Of a stretch of DNA of 64,000 bases, positions 51,943 to 64,000 are shown piece after piece. Numbering within the stretch: position 1 is the stretch's first letter; the number at the start of each line of letters is the position of its first letter. The translations under genes were made by a program, and so were the position numbers. Source of the stretch: Azolla caroliniana (lineage: Eukaryota > Plantae > Polypodiophyta); assembly GCA_043228905.1 (NCBI GenBank), contig JBHGNT010000007.1, positions 7,564,001 through 7,628,000 of the forward strand, given 5' to 3'. Below the pieces are notes generated by a model, which saw nothing but the letters and a program-made list of their open reading frames with translations, did no database searches and had not been told where the DNA came from.

Positions 51943-52550
51943 CATGTGTTATGTGTTATGTGTTATGTGTTATGTGTTATGTGTTATGTGTTATGTGTTA
52001 TGTGTTATGTGTTATGTGTATTTGTATCATGTGTTATGTGTTATGTGTATTTGTATCATGTGTTATGTGTTATGTGTATCTGTATCATGTGTTATGTGTA
52101 TCTGTATCATGTGTTATGTGTTATGTGTTATGTGTTATGTGTTATGTGTTATGTGTTATGTGTATCTGTATCATGTGTTATGTGTTATGTGTTATGTGTT
52201 ATGTGTTATGTGTTATGTGTATCTGTATCATGTGTTATGTGTTATGTGTATCTGTATCATGTGTTATGTGTTATGTGTATCTGTATCATGTGTTATGTGT
52301 ATCTGTATCATGTGTTATGTGTATCTGTATGTCTATATGTATATGTATATGTATTTGTATGTGTTATGTGTATCTGTATCATGTGTTATGTGTATCTGTA
52401 TGTCTATATGTATATGTATATGTATTTGTATGTGTTATGTGTATCTGTATCATGTGTTATGTGTATCTGTATGTCTATATGTATATGTATATGTATTTGT
52501 ATGTGTTATGTGTATCTGTATCATGTGTTATGTATATGCATGTGTATGTT
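51730..52550. repeat. Compound microsatellite (TGTTA)n/(TGTATS)n upstream of ARF
   Basis: Long runs of ATGTGTT, TGTATC and TGTATG units. Confidence 0.95.
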
Positions 52551-55500
52551 TTGCGAAACCAAAAGTAGGGACATGGGACCCATGAGGCATATCAAAGCCA
52601 ACGCGAATGGCGTACATTCTTACTATACCCCTATCATCCATGCATCATCACCAGTATCCATCCCACATGCCCCCTGTCACATCTTTCCATTCACTATAAA
52701 GCTTAGAGGTAGCATGGCATAGATAATATATGAACATATCTCTCCCTCTCTATATGTACACTAAGCCTAACTATGAGACAAATTTGACACTTTCCTAGTA
52801 GAGTGCAAGGTGTTACTAGCTAGCTAGTCATGGAAGCATTCAAATATCTCATGGCTCATGCGTTAAACAATCAAATACGCCTTTGGAAAGGAAACCATGT
52901 TGATGAAACAATGCCTTAAATAAAAAATAAAGGTCAATGAGGTCATAAGTGTAAAACAAATTAAGCGTGTTTGCCATTGGTGAGCCAAAAACAATACCTA
53001 TTTTAACCACTCAAGCTAGAATATGGATGACCACCATCAACAAACCCATGAGCCCCCTCAAATGGGCTATGAATAAAATTCTTGTTCATAACCTTACGAT
53101 TAAAGCAATATCAAGCTTCCTAGCCTAAGCTTAAGCTTGAAATTCGTAAAATTCTTTGAAGAGTGTGATTTGTCAATCTTACCAAGAACCTATACGATCG
53201 CAAGGTCAGGTCACGTGGAATAGAAGCCTAATAGAGTAATGTATATGAGCACATTATGTGGCATATGCTATACCTTGAACTAGAGTCTCCCACCCATTGG
53301 GTTTCCCTTTTATGCTGGTACATTTGCATAATCTATAATGGAACTTGAACTTTATATGAAACATCCAAATTGAGTTCATAGGGCATAGAACTTGAAACCA
53401 CAATGCATGTTTGTCATACAAGCCTCCATATATGTGATATTGCAGAGATATAAGGTATGTTATAACAAACAATGTATTGATCATAGATATGTGCAAGAAA
53501 GCATGTTTTGTAGTTTTAAGGGATCATGAGCCCTTAGGAAGAAACACATATGTTTTGAGTTTACGTCCATAATTATGTTAGAAAAACACATGCACACACA
53601 AACAAAAACTTGCATGTGTGTGCAAAGTTCCAAGTGCATCATCTAGTGTAATGGTTTCATAGTGGCACCAACCATAACACAATCCAAAATTTTATCATTT
53701 AGTGTCTTAGCTCTACCAGATTGCATATTTTATTGATTCTTTCATGAATTATCATTTTTCGACATACTATGATCAATAATTTTGAAGGCAATCTTGCAAC
53801 ATTCATGATGATTGCACAATATATTCGATGGTAAATATAGTGTTAAGCTACTTTTTTTGAGCACCGACATAACACAACCCCACCGCTCTTCACAAAAGAT
53901 TTAAGTATATTATTTTAACATAATGCATTCCACCCACTCACAAGCAACATTTGCTTTAGCCTGTTAACTTATATATTGTCTCGGCAGTTAACCCTAAAGC
54001 TAAAACTTTGTAATTAGCAAATGAATTTTTATTTGAAAAGAAACAAAGGCTGTATATCTCTTTTTTGTAGTATTGTTGGTTCATGTCGGGCCCATCTCAA
54101 GTTCTTTTCATTTATCAACCAACGAAAATGCATGTAGCTCTTTCCTAGAGTTTTCTAGAACACAACAATCCCCAACAAAAGGCCGTAGAATATTGAATTA
54201 TCGATTATGAATTGTCACTTATTGCATGCTAATAACTATTTGCAACTATCTTCACCACCATCACGACTCTTCTCATCATTATAGAGACTCGGTGTGACCA
54301 TCACATATGAGAATTTGATGGTTGATCAAGAAAGTCAAAGATTTCAAAAATCCAATTCAAGATGCCAAACCTTTCTAAAGAACATGTGTATCTATGTTAA
54401 TATAGACATAGGAGCCACTAAAATTTCACAAGTACTTATCCCCATGTCTATCATCTTGAAAACCTAGACACTTCAATAACAATTGGGGTGGCGAGATGTC
54501 ATGACTCATACATATAAAACTAAAATAAGCAATAGAATATATTATTTGTCACTCGGGGGCCCTTACCTTGATTCATTTATCTACCACATGCAACTCCTTG
54601 TAGTTCGAGCCATTGATTTACAAAAGCCATTACCTATTGAATACCTCATGTATTTTTTGTTTTACTTTATTAACATCACGCCAAACTTTGTGCAGGGATT
54701 TTCACTTATCGTCGGTAAATTTCCCATTGCCTCTTGTTTGTGTTTGGCAAAGACGATTATATTCAAGTAATATGGAAGGAAAATGCTATGTAGGAAAGTT
54801 GCCATGATCACTTCAACACCATTTATTTTGAACGAAATTTTATTGATGCCTTGTTATCTTTGTACATAACTAACTTGACACTGAGGATTGCAACTTAAAA
54901 AAAATGGTTTCCTTAGATAAGTCACGAAAAGATCATTGATCGAGTTTCTTTCAATAGCATACTCTATTAAACCAAAGTTGAGGCATCCAACGTGATCCAT
55001 AAGCCATATACTTGAATCAAATCAATTTACATCATAGATTGAGAAGTTATTGAACTGCTAAGATGCTATCATTATCATGCAAATTTAAATGCAAAGAGGA
55101 AAATAAAATCTATGGTGAAAACTTAGAAAGTGTTTCTTCGTACCACCCATCACACACCATGGGCTCAAGCACAATTCGTTGGTCTCGTTTGGACACTATC
55201 TCTCTCTCTCTCTCATGCTTCTTGTGTGAAAATGTACCTGTTTTGAAAAAAATGTCAGCAATGTGCTCACAACAAATTGACACTAAAAGTACAACATTAT
55301 TATACACATTTTGTAATAGGAATTGGTGGCACTATATTGATGAGTGCCCATGTGCTACCAAAACTTTTGGGCAATAAACAAGAAGCAACGAATAGTTATG
55401 TTAATTGAGGGAAATCAAAAGCCACAATCTTTATACATTCATCATTTGAATAAGGTTGAGCCATCGTGCGAGAATCACCGAGTTACTTTATGCATGTGTC

Positions 55501-56879
55501 TCTTTCCTACCATGGTTTGAAATATATACTCCCTGGAGTTGATGGACCTCACAAAAGAAGCATAATCATGAATACATGCTAAAATATGTTAGCTTTCAGT
55601 TTAATATTTATGTATATATATGTTGCTTGTTCAACGTATGCATACATGCTTTCATATGTGGGTCATAGTTATCCAAATCTAAACAAAGAAGATTAATAAT
55701 ATGCATCTATCACCATATGCCATATTTGCATTGATTTTGAACTTTCATTACTAATCTGAGGGAAGTGCCCCTCATGAGTGGTTATTTGTGTGTGATTGAG
55801 TTTCTCTAAAAAGGCACACGAATGGTTTGCAACAATCTCTTATCCGTTGAAGATCTATCATGTTGTTTTTCATATTCTAGAGAATTTCCTAAATTTTAGA
55901 ATGACACTGTTTTAAATCACAAGTATCTATATCAAAAGTAAAAGATAAAGAGAACATTGCCTAACGACTGTGAAATCATACACATCATGTATATAACCTT
56001 TATTACCATTGGTTTTTTTATTGCAACTCCATACTAGTCTTGATACAATCGTTTGTCCCAAACACTTCCCTTCTCATCCATCAAGAAACATATTAGGACT
56101 ATGATGTAAGGATCTCCTTTACAACTTGTAATGTTGAGCCATTGGAAAGGTACAATGAATGTAACTACCAATGAATAATTAACATCCCCTTGGCCTAATG
56201 CATGCGCATAGTCTATGGTACGACCTTATATTTGGCAATATTGTGTATTTTTCATATCCACTCCTTGAATATCTCTCTTTCTATGTAGACCACTCTAGGT
56301 TTAGTACGGGCGAACATCTTTGCCTAAAAAACTTTAGGGATCCAAGTAGAGACTAGGCCATGGACTATAGTCTCCCACCTTTTGGCTTAAAATGAGTCCC
56401 TCACACAAATATTCATTTTCTCAATAGCTAATAAAAAAATATCTTACGCATATTGTTTTGTTCAACTAGCTAACACCCAAGAAATGCTAACTTTCCACTA
56501 TGCTCCTAATCTTTAAAACAATCCAAAAGACAAAGCTACAAAAGTTTCTTTCCATGGAATGATGCAACCTCCTAATAATCTTTAGAATGAATTGGGATGT
56601 CCATCTAGCAATTGCACGAGTGCATAAGCTTGTTTTGGTCATTTTTGCATGTTTAGTTGTGAGTCGTGACATTGTTTGTTGCCATGTCAAGTGGCAACTA
56701 CAAATGTAACTTTGCATTTGCATTGTCGAGTGATCATCTATTAATCAATGTTTTGTTAGCTCCTCTAATATAACTCAAGAAGATTATGCATAGTTGTAAC
56801 CTACAATTATTGCCTATGAGGCCTCCTTGCCTTCTGTTTTATTATTATTTATTTTAAAGAAGGTTCACCTTGGTATTAA

Positions 56880-57720
56880 TGGAAAGATGCCGAAAGGCTA
56901 CAACGAGTTCATACAATATATTACAACCCTCATATCCACATCAACCAGCATGTCAAGTATCAAAAGCCCTCATGAAGGTTGTTCCAAGGCGGGGGGTGGA
57001 AAAAGCCATCTTGGTGGAGCATATCTCCACTTTATTCTTTCTCCAAAAGAGACGAAGACCTGAACGCTTTTCCAAATTTCTCTAAACTGTTGTTGTCTCT
57101 GAATCACAACCTCGGGCTCACCAGTTATTGCATCATATTGACCTCTTAAAGTGTGTACGAGCATTAACCATACCTCTTTGACTAACTCAACTGCATTTTG
57201 TTTAACTTTCTAAAATACACATTTACATCTAGCCTTCCACAATACCCAAATGACTAGAGAAGATATCGTAGACCAAACCATATCCTCTTCCAAACAACGA
57301 ACTGATGTAATATTAGAGACCTCCAATACATGTCTTCCATCAGAGAGGAGAAGGAAATCACCATACTCCTTTTCATAGTTTTGAATTTCTTTAGCCAATC
57401 TTCCCCATCTCACAAAACCCCATGTGTACACTTGTCTACCTTAAATAGGATATAACATTCTCAACATTCTTTTCCAAATTGCTCTTGCAATAGGACATAT
57501 CCATGAAACATGGTAAACCGATTCAATGGGAGAACCACAACTGTCACATATCCATACTCCTTGCCTTCTGATTTTCTTCCAACGTTTTGCCTTTTAGTGA
57601 TTTCCTTACAATAAACAAGGGAATCTTGTTAAAAAGCAACTTCTTAACCCAAGTGTATTACTATTCTCAACAACTTTGGAAAAGCCCATCTTACTCAATA
57701 TTATTAAAGATTGTTCCATC
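56880..57720 (-). mobile_element. L1-type LINE 3' fragment (zf-RVT region), degenerate
   Basis: ICDSCGSPIESVYHVSWICPIARAIW followed by IWVLWKARCKCVF on the minus strand. Confidence 0.75.
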
Positions 57721-59618
57721 TCTATATTAAAATTAATTCATACTATATCATGATACTTGATTCCAAGTGCCAATGGAGAACTAATCTTTATCCAATTCAA
57801 TAGAAGTTAGGGATACTCTACTTGGTAATAGATTGATAAATGATAACAATTCACACAAAGGCAATATCTATGTATTTGCTGAATTGATGGATTTTTTGAA
57901 ATGTGTGCGAAATCTCAACATTTGTGCCCAATAAGTATGACAATAACATTTAGCGACTCTCCGGGGGGTATGTACCTTCAATGGATCACCATATATAAAG
58001 CCATGCAAATTAATGATGCAACTACATGTGTCTTATGATACTCCCCCCTCCCCAACTAGTTCTAATCAAAACCAAACTTGGATAAGAATTAGTAAATTAA
58101 CTAACTTCCCCCTAAAAAGAAGTGGTAATGTTTCATTTTATGGGAATTTGGAAGGACATCCAACCATTTAAGATTAGTATGGTATATTTTTTTAAATCAA
58201 GAGGGACATCATGAATTTTGAACCACCCTTGAAAACAAAAACAAAAAAGTTAGCAAGAGAGCGAAATTCTCCTTGCCTAGGTTGTGTACGTTTCATATCA
58301 AATTAAGCAAAACCCTCAGTCATGTGGGGGTTAAAGAGTACTGCTACCGACTACTAGAGCACATAATGGTCCAATGCATGGTTCATGAGCCCCAAAAGTG
58401 TAGGATGTTCCCGTGTTAACATTGACATTGGGGGCAATCATATATTGGATAATTAGTTGCGAGGATATAGGTGTCATTGTTGTAGCCTATACATGTGATG
58501 CTATATGGGTGACACGTGCGCATAATGCTCTTGTATTGATAGGGAGATTTATAATTTTCTTGATCTTCACGTGACACAGACACATTGATGGCAACCAAAA
58601 AGAGACCAACCATCGCAATCGGTGGAGCAAATCCTGAATATAAACCTTGATTGGTACAACAAACAGTAGTAAATCAAGGGCAAAGGAAACTTCTTCCACT
58701 GATTACCGTGCAACTGGCAAGATAACTTGGAAAGGTCCAAAGGTACTAGTAACTACAAAGAGAATCAACATCATGGCTAGCATGCTTAAGTCCCAAAGGC
58801 AAATTGTAACATTGCCAAAATACCAATGACAAAAATATCGATACAAACCATCGAAAAGGTCCAAGTGACAACCCAAATTAAATGCAAAGCAAGTCTCTAT
58901 CAAGAAGTTAAACGTCAATGCTATAAAATGAGAATGAAACAAGTACACAATCTTACCAAGGACACACAAAACAATGTTTCTTTCTATTGTTTTCTATTGT
59001 GATCTATTGCTATTCAAATTCAAGATCAAAGCAAATCACGTTGTCTCTCTACATGGCTTCAAAACTCGAAGTGAATCATGTTGCCTTGCAATATGTTTAT
59101 AAAAAACATATGTGAATTATGGTCTCTTCCTTGCTTCATAATCAAAATTACAAGTGAATCTGGCTGACTTACTTATGTAAACTGCAATATAGAAAGTTCG
59201 GAAGCATAAACTAGGGAAGGTTGGGCCAATGTGGCATAAATTAAAAGCATTCATATTTTATCATATTCAAAAAGGGGGTGGCACATTTTTTCTTAAAAAC
59301 AAGATGGTGACGAGAGTTCCAAAAACATTCATTAAGTCTCAAGCATCGTTCGGTTTCTTCAAGACAAACAAATTCACTACATCAATCATAAACACACTAA
59401 CACTCCAGCTAATAAAATGATGAGTACATCAATTGGATTAGCCATGGCAACCTCCTTAACATTTAATGTACATCCGTCTTTAGTATCAATAAAATGGGAA
59501 CAAAAAAATGTCAATCCAGGATTGCCTTAATATAAGGGACAAAGAATCCTTCCCACTGGTCTGTACATTCATATAAATAACACGATAAAACCATGTTTTA
59601 AGAGATTAAAATATAGGT

Positions 59619-62600
59619 TTATGATGGAGCTTTTGGTGTCAATGTTTCTGATTGCTCTATCAACACTTCAATTCTCTGTAAAATGAAATGGAAAAGATTT
59701 GAGTTAAATACAATTGAAAAGAGATCATGTGCTAAAACAGCATCCTGGAAAATGTATTGGCCCTACATACATCTTAATTTATAAAAAAATTGTGGTGTAA
59801 TGGTGAAAGCTTATGAAGCCTTTAAAACCTTTATGTCACGAGTTAAAAGTCCAGAAAAATGGGTCTAATGTGTTAATCATCGTACTAAGCATTCACATGA
59901 ACAATGTTTCCACCAGCTGTTAATCAACACTTTCTTCATAGGAAGATTTCCACCAACCGTTAACTAACACAATTTCAGTTGCAGAATGTATCACTAACAG
60001 TTAACTAAAACAATTTCAGTTGAAGTGCTTTCCACTAACAGTAACTCAAATAATTTCATACGAAGATTGTTTAACTAACAACAGTTGGCACAATTTCAGC
60101 TGAAGATTTGTACACTGACAGTAAACTAACAAATTCTCATATGAAGACTTTTAGGTGAGTGTATTAGCACATTTTCAGATTCATACCCCATCACTCGTAC
60201 CTTTATGGAATTTCCTATGTCATCCAGCTTTCTTATAATTGTATCTTTACGAAGAGTGGATGCACTTTCTAATGTTGCCTCGTCAGACGGAGAGTATGAC
60301 ATCTGGAATGAAGAATCATCCTGGTGATTAGAGCCTTTCCCATTCCAATACATTTGGATAGCTTTATGTAATAAATTTTCCCGAAAAACTACTAAATTGT
60401 TTTTAAAAACTAACATTTTCATGTTTTAATATATTTTAAAATTTGGTAGGTCGATTTGTGTTTGTGAAAAACGTTTTAAACATTCTAAAATCTATTAGAT
60501 CATGGTGCCATATCTATTGCTGTTTTTCATAATTTAATAAGAAAACTCTAGATCTAAGAACTAAGGATTTTACAAATATTAAACAATCAAAATCATCTCT
60601 TTTTCCAGATGAAAAGTGAGAAAGAAAATTTCACAAATACCAAAGTCCTCTCTTTTTTCAATACAAAAGTGAAAGAGCAATGCACCATGAACCAAACAAA
60701 CAGATTTCTCTGATTTGTTAGATGAAAAACTGAAACATAACATTAGAGCTCATAGATTTATTTCATTGAATTTGATACACACACAAACACACATAATTCT
60801 CTCACCTGCCATGAAGACAAACCAGTTCCTTGTTGCCATGCCCAACTCTGTGATAGAGCCCTTCGAAAGACAGGAATGTGGGTATCTTCATGTACATCAT
60901 CATCATCATTAGTCAAATTCAGCTGAGCTTCTCCTTCACTCTTCGCTTGCTCTTTCCTCAGATTGGAGACAGCCAATAACACTTTCTGCCCACAAATTTT
61001 GACAGATCTCATTCCATTAAATTTGATTGATACTAAATGGTGTCACCAAATCTGACAGATCATGTCATTACATTTGATTGATTTTCATGTTGTTAAATTT
61101 AACAAATTCACATCATTAAATTGATCCAACTTTTTCATTAGATTTCATAGAGCATGTTGTCATTGATCAATCACGTCATTGAATCTCATTGATCATATTG
61201 TCAAATTTAAAAAACCATGCATTGAATTTGACCAACGATGTCTCTAAGTTGATGATATTAAAGCAAGTACCTTTCGGAACGTTTTTGGGTCATCAACCCC
61301 TAAAATCTGCAAATCATCCCCGGGAGGAGGCTTTCTACGACTAGCATTTTCAATCCTTATGGAATATATCCCATATGCTGACTGTAAGCAGCCTGACTAA
61401 TATTTTCAAACTTTAATAAGCATTATAATTAATTAGGAAAAAGATTTACACGCAAAGACACTAGAATGAAAAATACCTTGTTCAATAGCAACATCAGTGA
61501 CAAGAGGCAAGAGGATATGTTTCTCTCTACGGTATAACCCAAAACAAGGCAAAAAGACGGGCTTCTCTACCTGTAAAAGTACAACATAAAGCAAAATATT
61601 CAAAAGAGCAGAAAAGAAAGGAAAACTGAGGATTTGTGGCACTTTACAATTCACTGTTCTAAATTATATTTGCCTTGATTTATTTGTCCTTTATATTTCA
61701 ACTCTTAACACATATCGTTCATGAATTTTGGATTTTGACTTGTTCATGCAACTTTAGATCTTACTGAAATTAGAAAGATACACGAGAATAAATAAATACA
61801 AAGACTTGCTGTTCAAAGTCAAAAGACTTAGCTGTTTGGATGGATTCTTGTATGACTAAACCTCTTGATCGTTGTATGCCCACCGAGAGATATGTTTCAT
61901 GCTTGTACAACTAAACCTATCAATCATCGTATGCCCATCTTGCAATTGTGATAGATCATAGTAGCACGGCATTCTCCTTGTTGTTGGCGTCACTATTAGT
62001 ATATTCATTGAGACAGATGATCCTATGCATGCACTTCCACAAATAACTTTGCACTCCATGGAGTCTATTGTTGGGTGGATTCATTCTTTGAGTGCTCTTA
62101 CGATACATAAAGATAAGCAACATTCCCTAAATTTATCCGTTGGAACATATTCATGTGTTTTTTTTTGTGACATTCCTTCGTACGAGATGAGGTGTTAGCT
62201 GAAACTGACGTAAGGGACTTCCAAATGGCAGATGTGAAAGTATAAACACATGAATACTAACATTTGGTCTTGTGTGTATTTGGCTTAAATGGCAAACAGA
62301 GCAAAAGATAACATAGAAAAAATTCTGCCTTAGTCAATATCAATCAACAGAGTACCGTTCTATTTAGTATGTGGAAGAATGTGAAGATAGGGTAGATATC
62401 AACAAATCGTACCCCATTTTCCATTCAGTCAGCCATATTTTTGCCCTCACTTTTGTGAGACCATCATGATGGCTGTAATCCAATGGCTAACATGTACTAA
62501 TGAAGATTGGCTCCAGATTAGCAATTTGGATGTCCTATTTCTTCTACAAAGGAAGAAATAACTAGATTTTGGCCCGGGACTCTTGGCTTCAATTTCAGAC

Positions 62601-63358
62601 CATACACAAAAGATGTACTCCAACAGTTGGATCAACAGAAACTCAACAAACTGCCAACCTAAGATGAATCCAAGTCAATAGCAATCAGCATTACAGCTTT
62701 CTATTAGATATGAAAAAAGGATAGTCATTATGAAGACTGATCAAGGATCAACAAATTGAATGCCATTTTCCTTGCACAAAAGTAAATAGCTAGATTATTT
62801 TTTTTGTTCTTGTGGTCATTATTGACAATTTAATGAATGATTTTGTTCATTATCGACAAAGTTTGGACGGATTTTTTCATCAATATTGACACTCATTGGC
62901 GTGTTTTCAGGTCAATATCGACCAATTTCAAGTCAGATTTTGGTCAATACCAGAAAATTATGGTCAATCTAAAACTACTTACTAATACAAGAGCATGCGC
63001 ACTAAGAGGAAAACATTTTCCACTCCACCCAAGAGGTGGAATCACATGGAGGGAGGTAAAGAGAAAGAAAGAGAAGAGCTAATCCTACCTTGTAAACGAT
63101 GGCGTACGGGGTGACATAGAGGCGCCGGGATCGGAGGTCACGGCGGACAACAAGGCGGCGGAGAGGGAGGTAGAGGAGCATGAGGAGTCCGATGCCCCAA
63201 GCGGGGAGCAGGGCCAGAGACAACATGAGCCATCGAATGCTCTCGTACCCAATCGTGCCCTCTTCGTTGCAGAGGAAGCAAGCCCTGTACAAAATTGTAC
63301 CATCATCACCATCACCATCACCATCACCACCAATCCCTTCTTTCTCTTCCTTCCTCAT
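59619..63358 (-). CDS. Conserved plant protein of unknown function (two N-terminal TM helices followed by a PH-like domain), 6 exons, ~274 aa
   Basis: Exons 63358-63089, 61570-61477, 61392-61271, 60985-60806, 60302-60201 and 59675-59619 join in frame with GT-AG. Motifs LAWGIGLLMLLYLP-like, RRLYVTPYAIVYKV, IEQGCLQSAYGI and RKLDDIGNSIKRIE resemble a conserved land-plant family (from memory). Confidence 0.82.
59900..60130. repeat. ~41-bp degenerate tandem repeat (x6) in last intron
   Basis: CACTAACAGTTAACTAA-ACAATTTCAGTTGAAG units. Confidence 0.75.
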
Positions 63359-64000
63359 TCTCTCGCTCTGTCTCTCTGTCTCTCTGTCTCTCTGCTGCAG
63401 ACTGGTAATGGGAAGTCTATGGCACTTCTCTCTCTGCGATCTAGGCTCTAGCACCCCAATTTGAGCCCAAGCCGAACCGCAGCTTAACCAGTTCAGTCCA
63501 GTCCAGTCCAGTGACCAGCCCGGCCCGGTTCGGTTCGGTTCAGTTCGGTTCAAGTTTAGAGGTCCGACATGGCCATAGACAAAGTTCGGAAGGTTGTTTC
63601 CCATCCTGTCACTAGGCTTCCTTCCGGCGGCTACGCTGTATAGGGCCCTCGACGCTTTGTTTTGGAGACGATTCTCCTGGTTCAAAGTTGATCAAGCACA
63701 CTTCTAGGATCAACGTATGCGATACCAATTACGAATAGTTAAGATGGTTTCGCCAACGTTAATCTATGTAATCAAACTTTTAGAGCGGTATTTATGTTTG
63801 TTTTATCAGTTGTGATAAAAATAAAAAAACCCTGCCTGGGTTGATAGATTTCCCATGGCAAAATTCTCATATAATAACTCAATTCGTGTTTCCATAGAGC
63901 AATCCTCTTTATTTGTGGTGTTCGCGCTACATCCCTTCGTGGTCTTTCTTACATGACATAGAGCACTTTGGTCAATCCTTATGCAAGATCCCATCATGAA

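Noticed and set aside
51583-52722. 379/273/230-aa Cys/Val/Tyr-rich ORFs
   Set aside because: Stop-free microsatellite translations.
58300-59500. Possible highly decayed gypsy gag/protease
   Set aside because: No motif clear enough to support a call.
63359-63685. N-terminal extension of the 227-aa ORF
   Set aside because: It runs through promoter-like CCAGT/CGGTT and (GA)n repeats; family-like sequence starts near the ATG at 63358.

Overview
Land-plant nuclear DNA; the TE families, PLS-PPR gene and intron style suggest a fern or other seed-free plant (inference). Left to right: 1-13.5 kb is a nest of LTR retrotransposons, in which a decayed minus-strand Ty1/copia hosts two insertions. The first is a plus-strand copia (1921-7785) flanked by an 84-bp duplication instead of a normal TSD. 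The second is a Ty3/gypsy (Tcn1/Tf1-like gag) unit (9964-12259) with INVERTED LTRs, a perfect 5-bp TSD, a self-priming-type PBS and a tRNA-like A/B-box in U3. Next come a TIFY8-like gene (minus, 15064-18513), a solo LTR and a PLS-E PPR pseudogene (28352-30518). A ~46-copy tandem tRNA-Pro(UGG) array/satellite (minus, ~31980-42420) is split by a truncated copia. The window ends with a class A ARF gene (minus, 43072-50854), a long compound microsatellite, an L1 fragment and a conserved 6-exon plant gene of unknown function (minus, 59619-63358). The best candidates for something new are the inverted-LTR element with its embedded Pol III-like promoter and the largely terminator-less tRNA-Pro array. 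All coordinates and identities were read by eye, and no database search was run.
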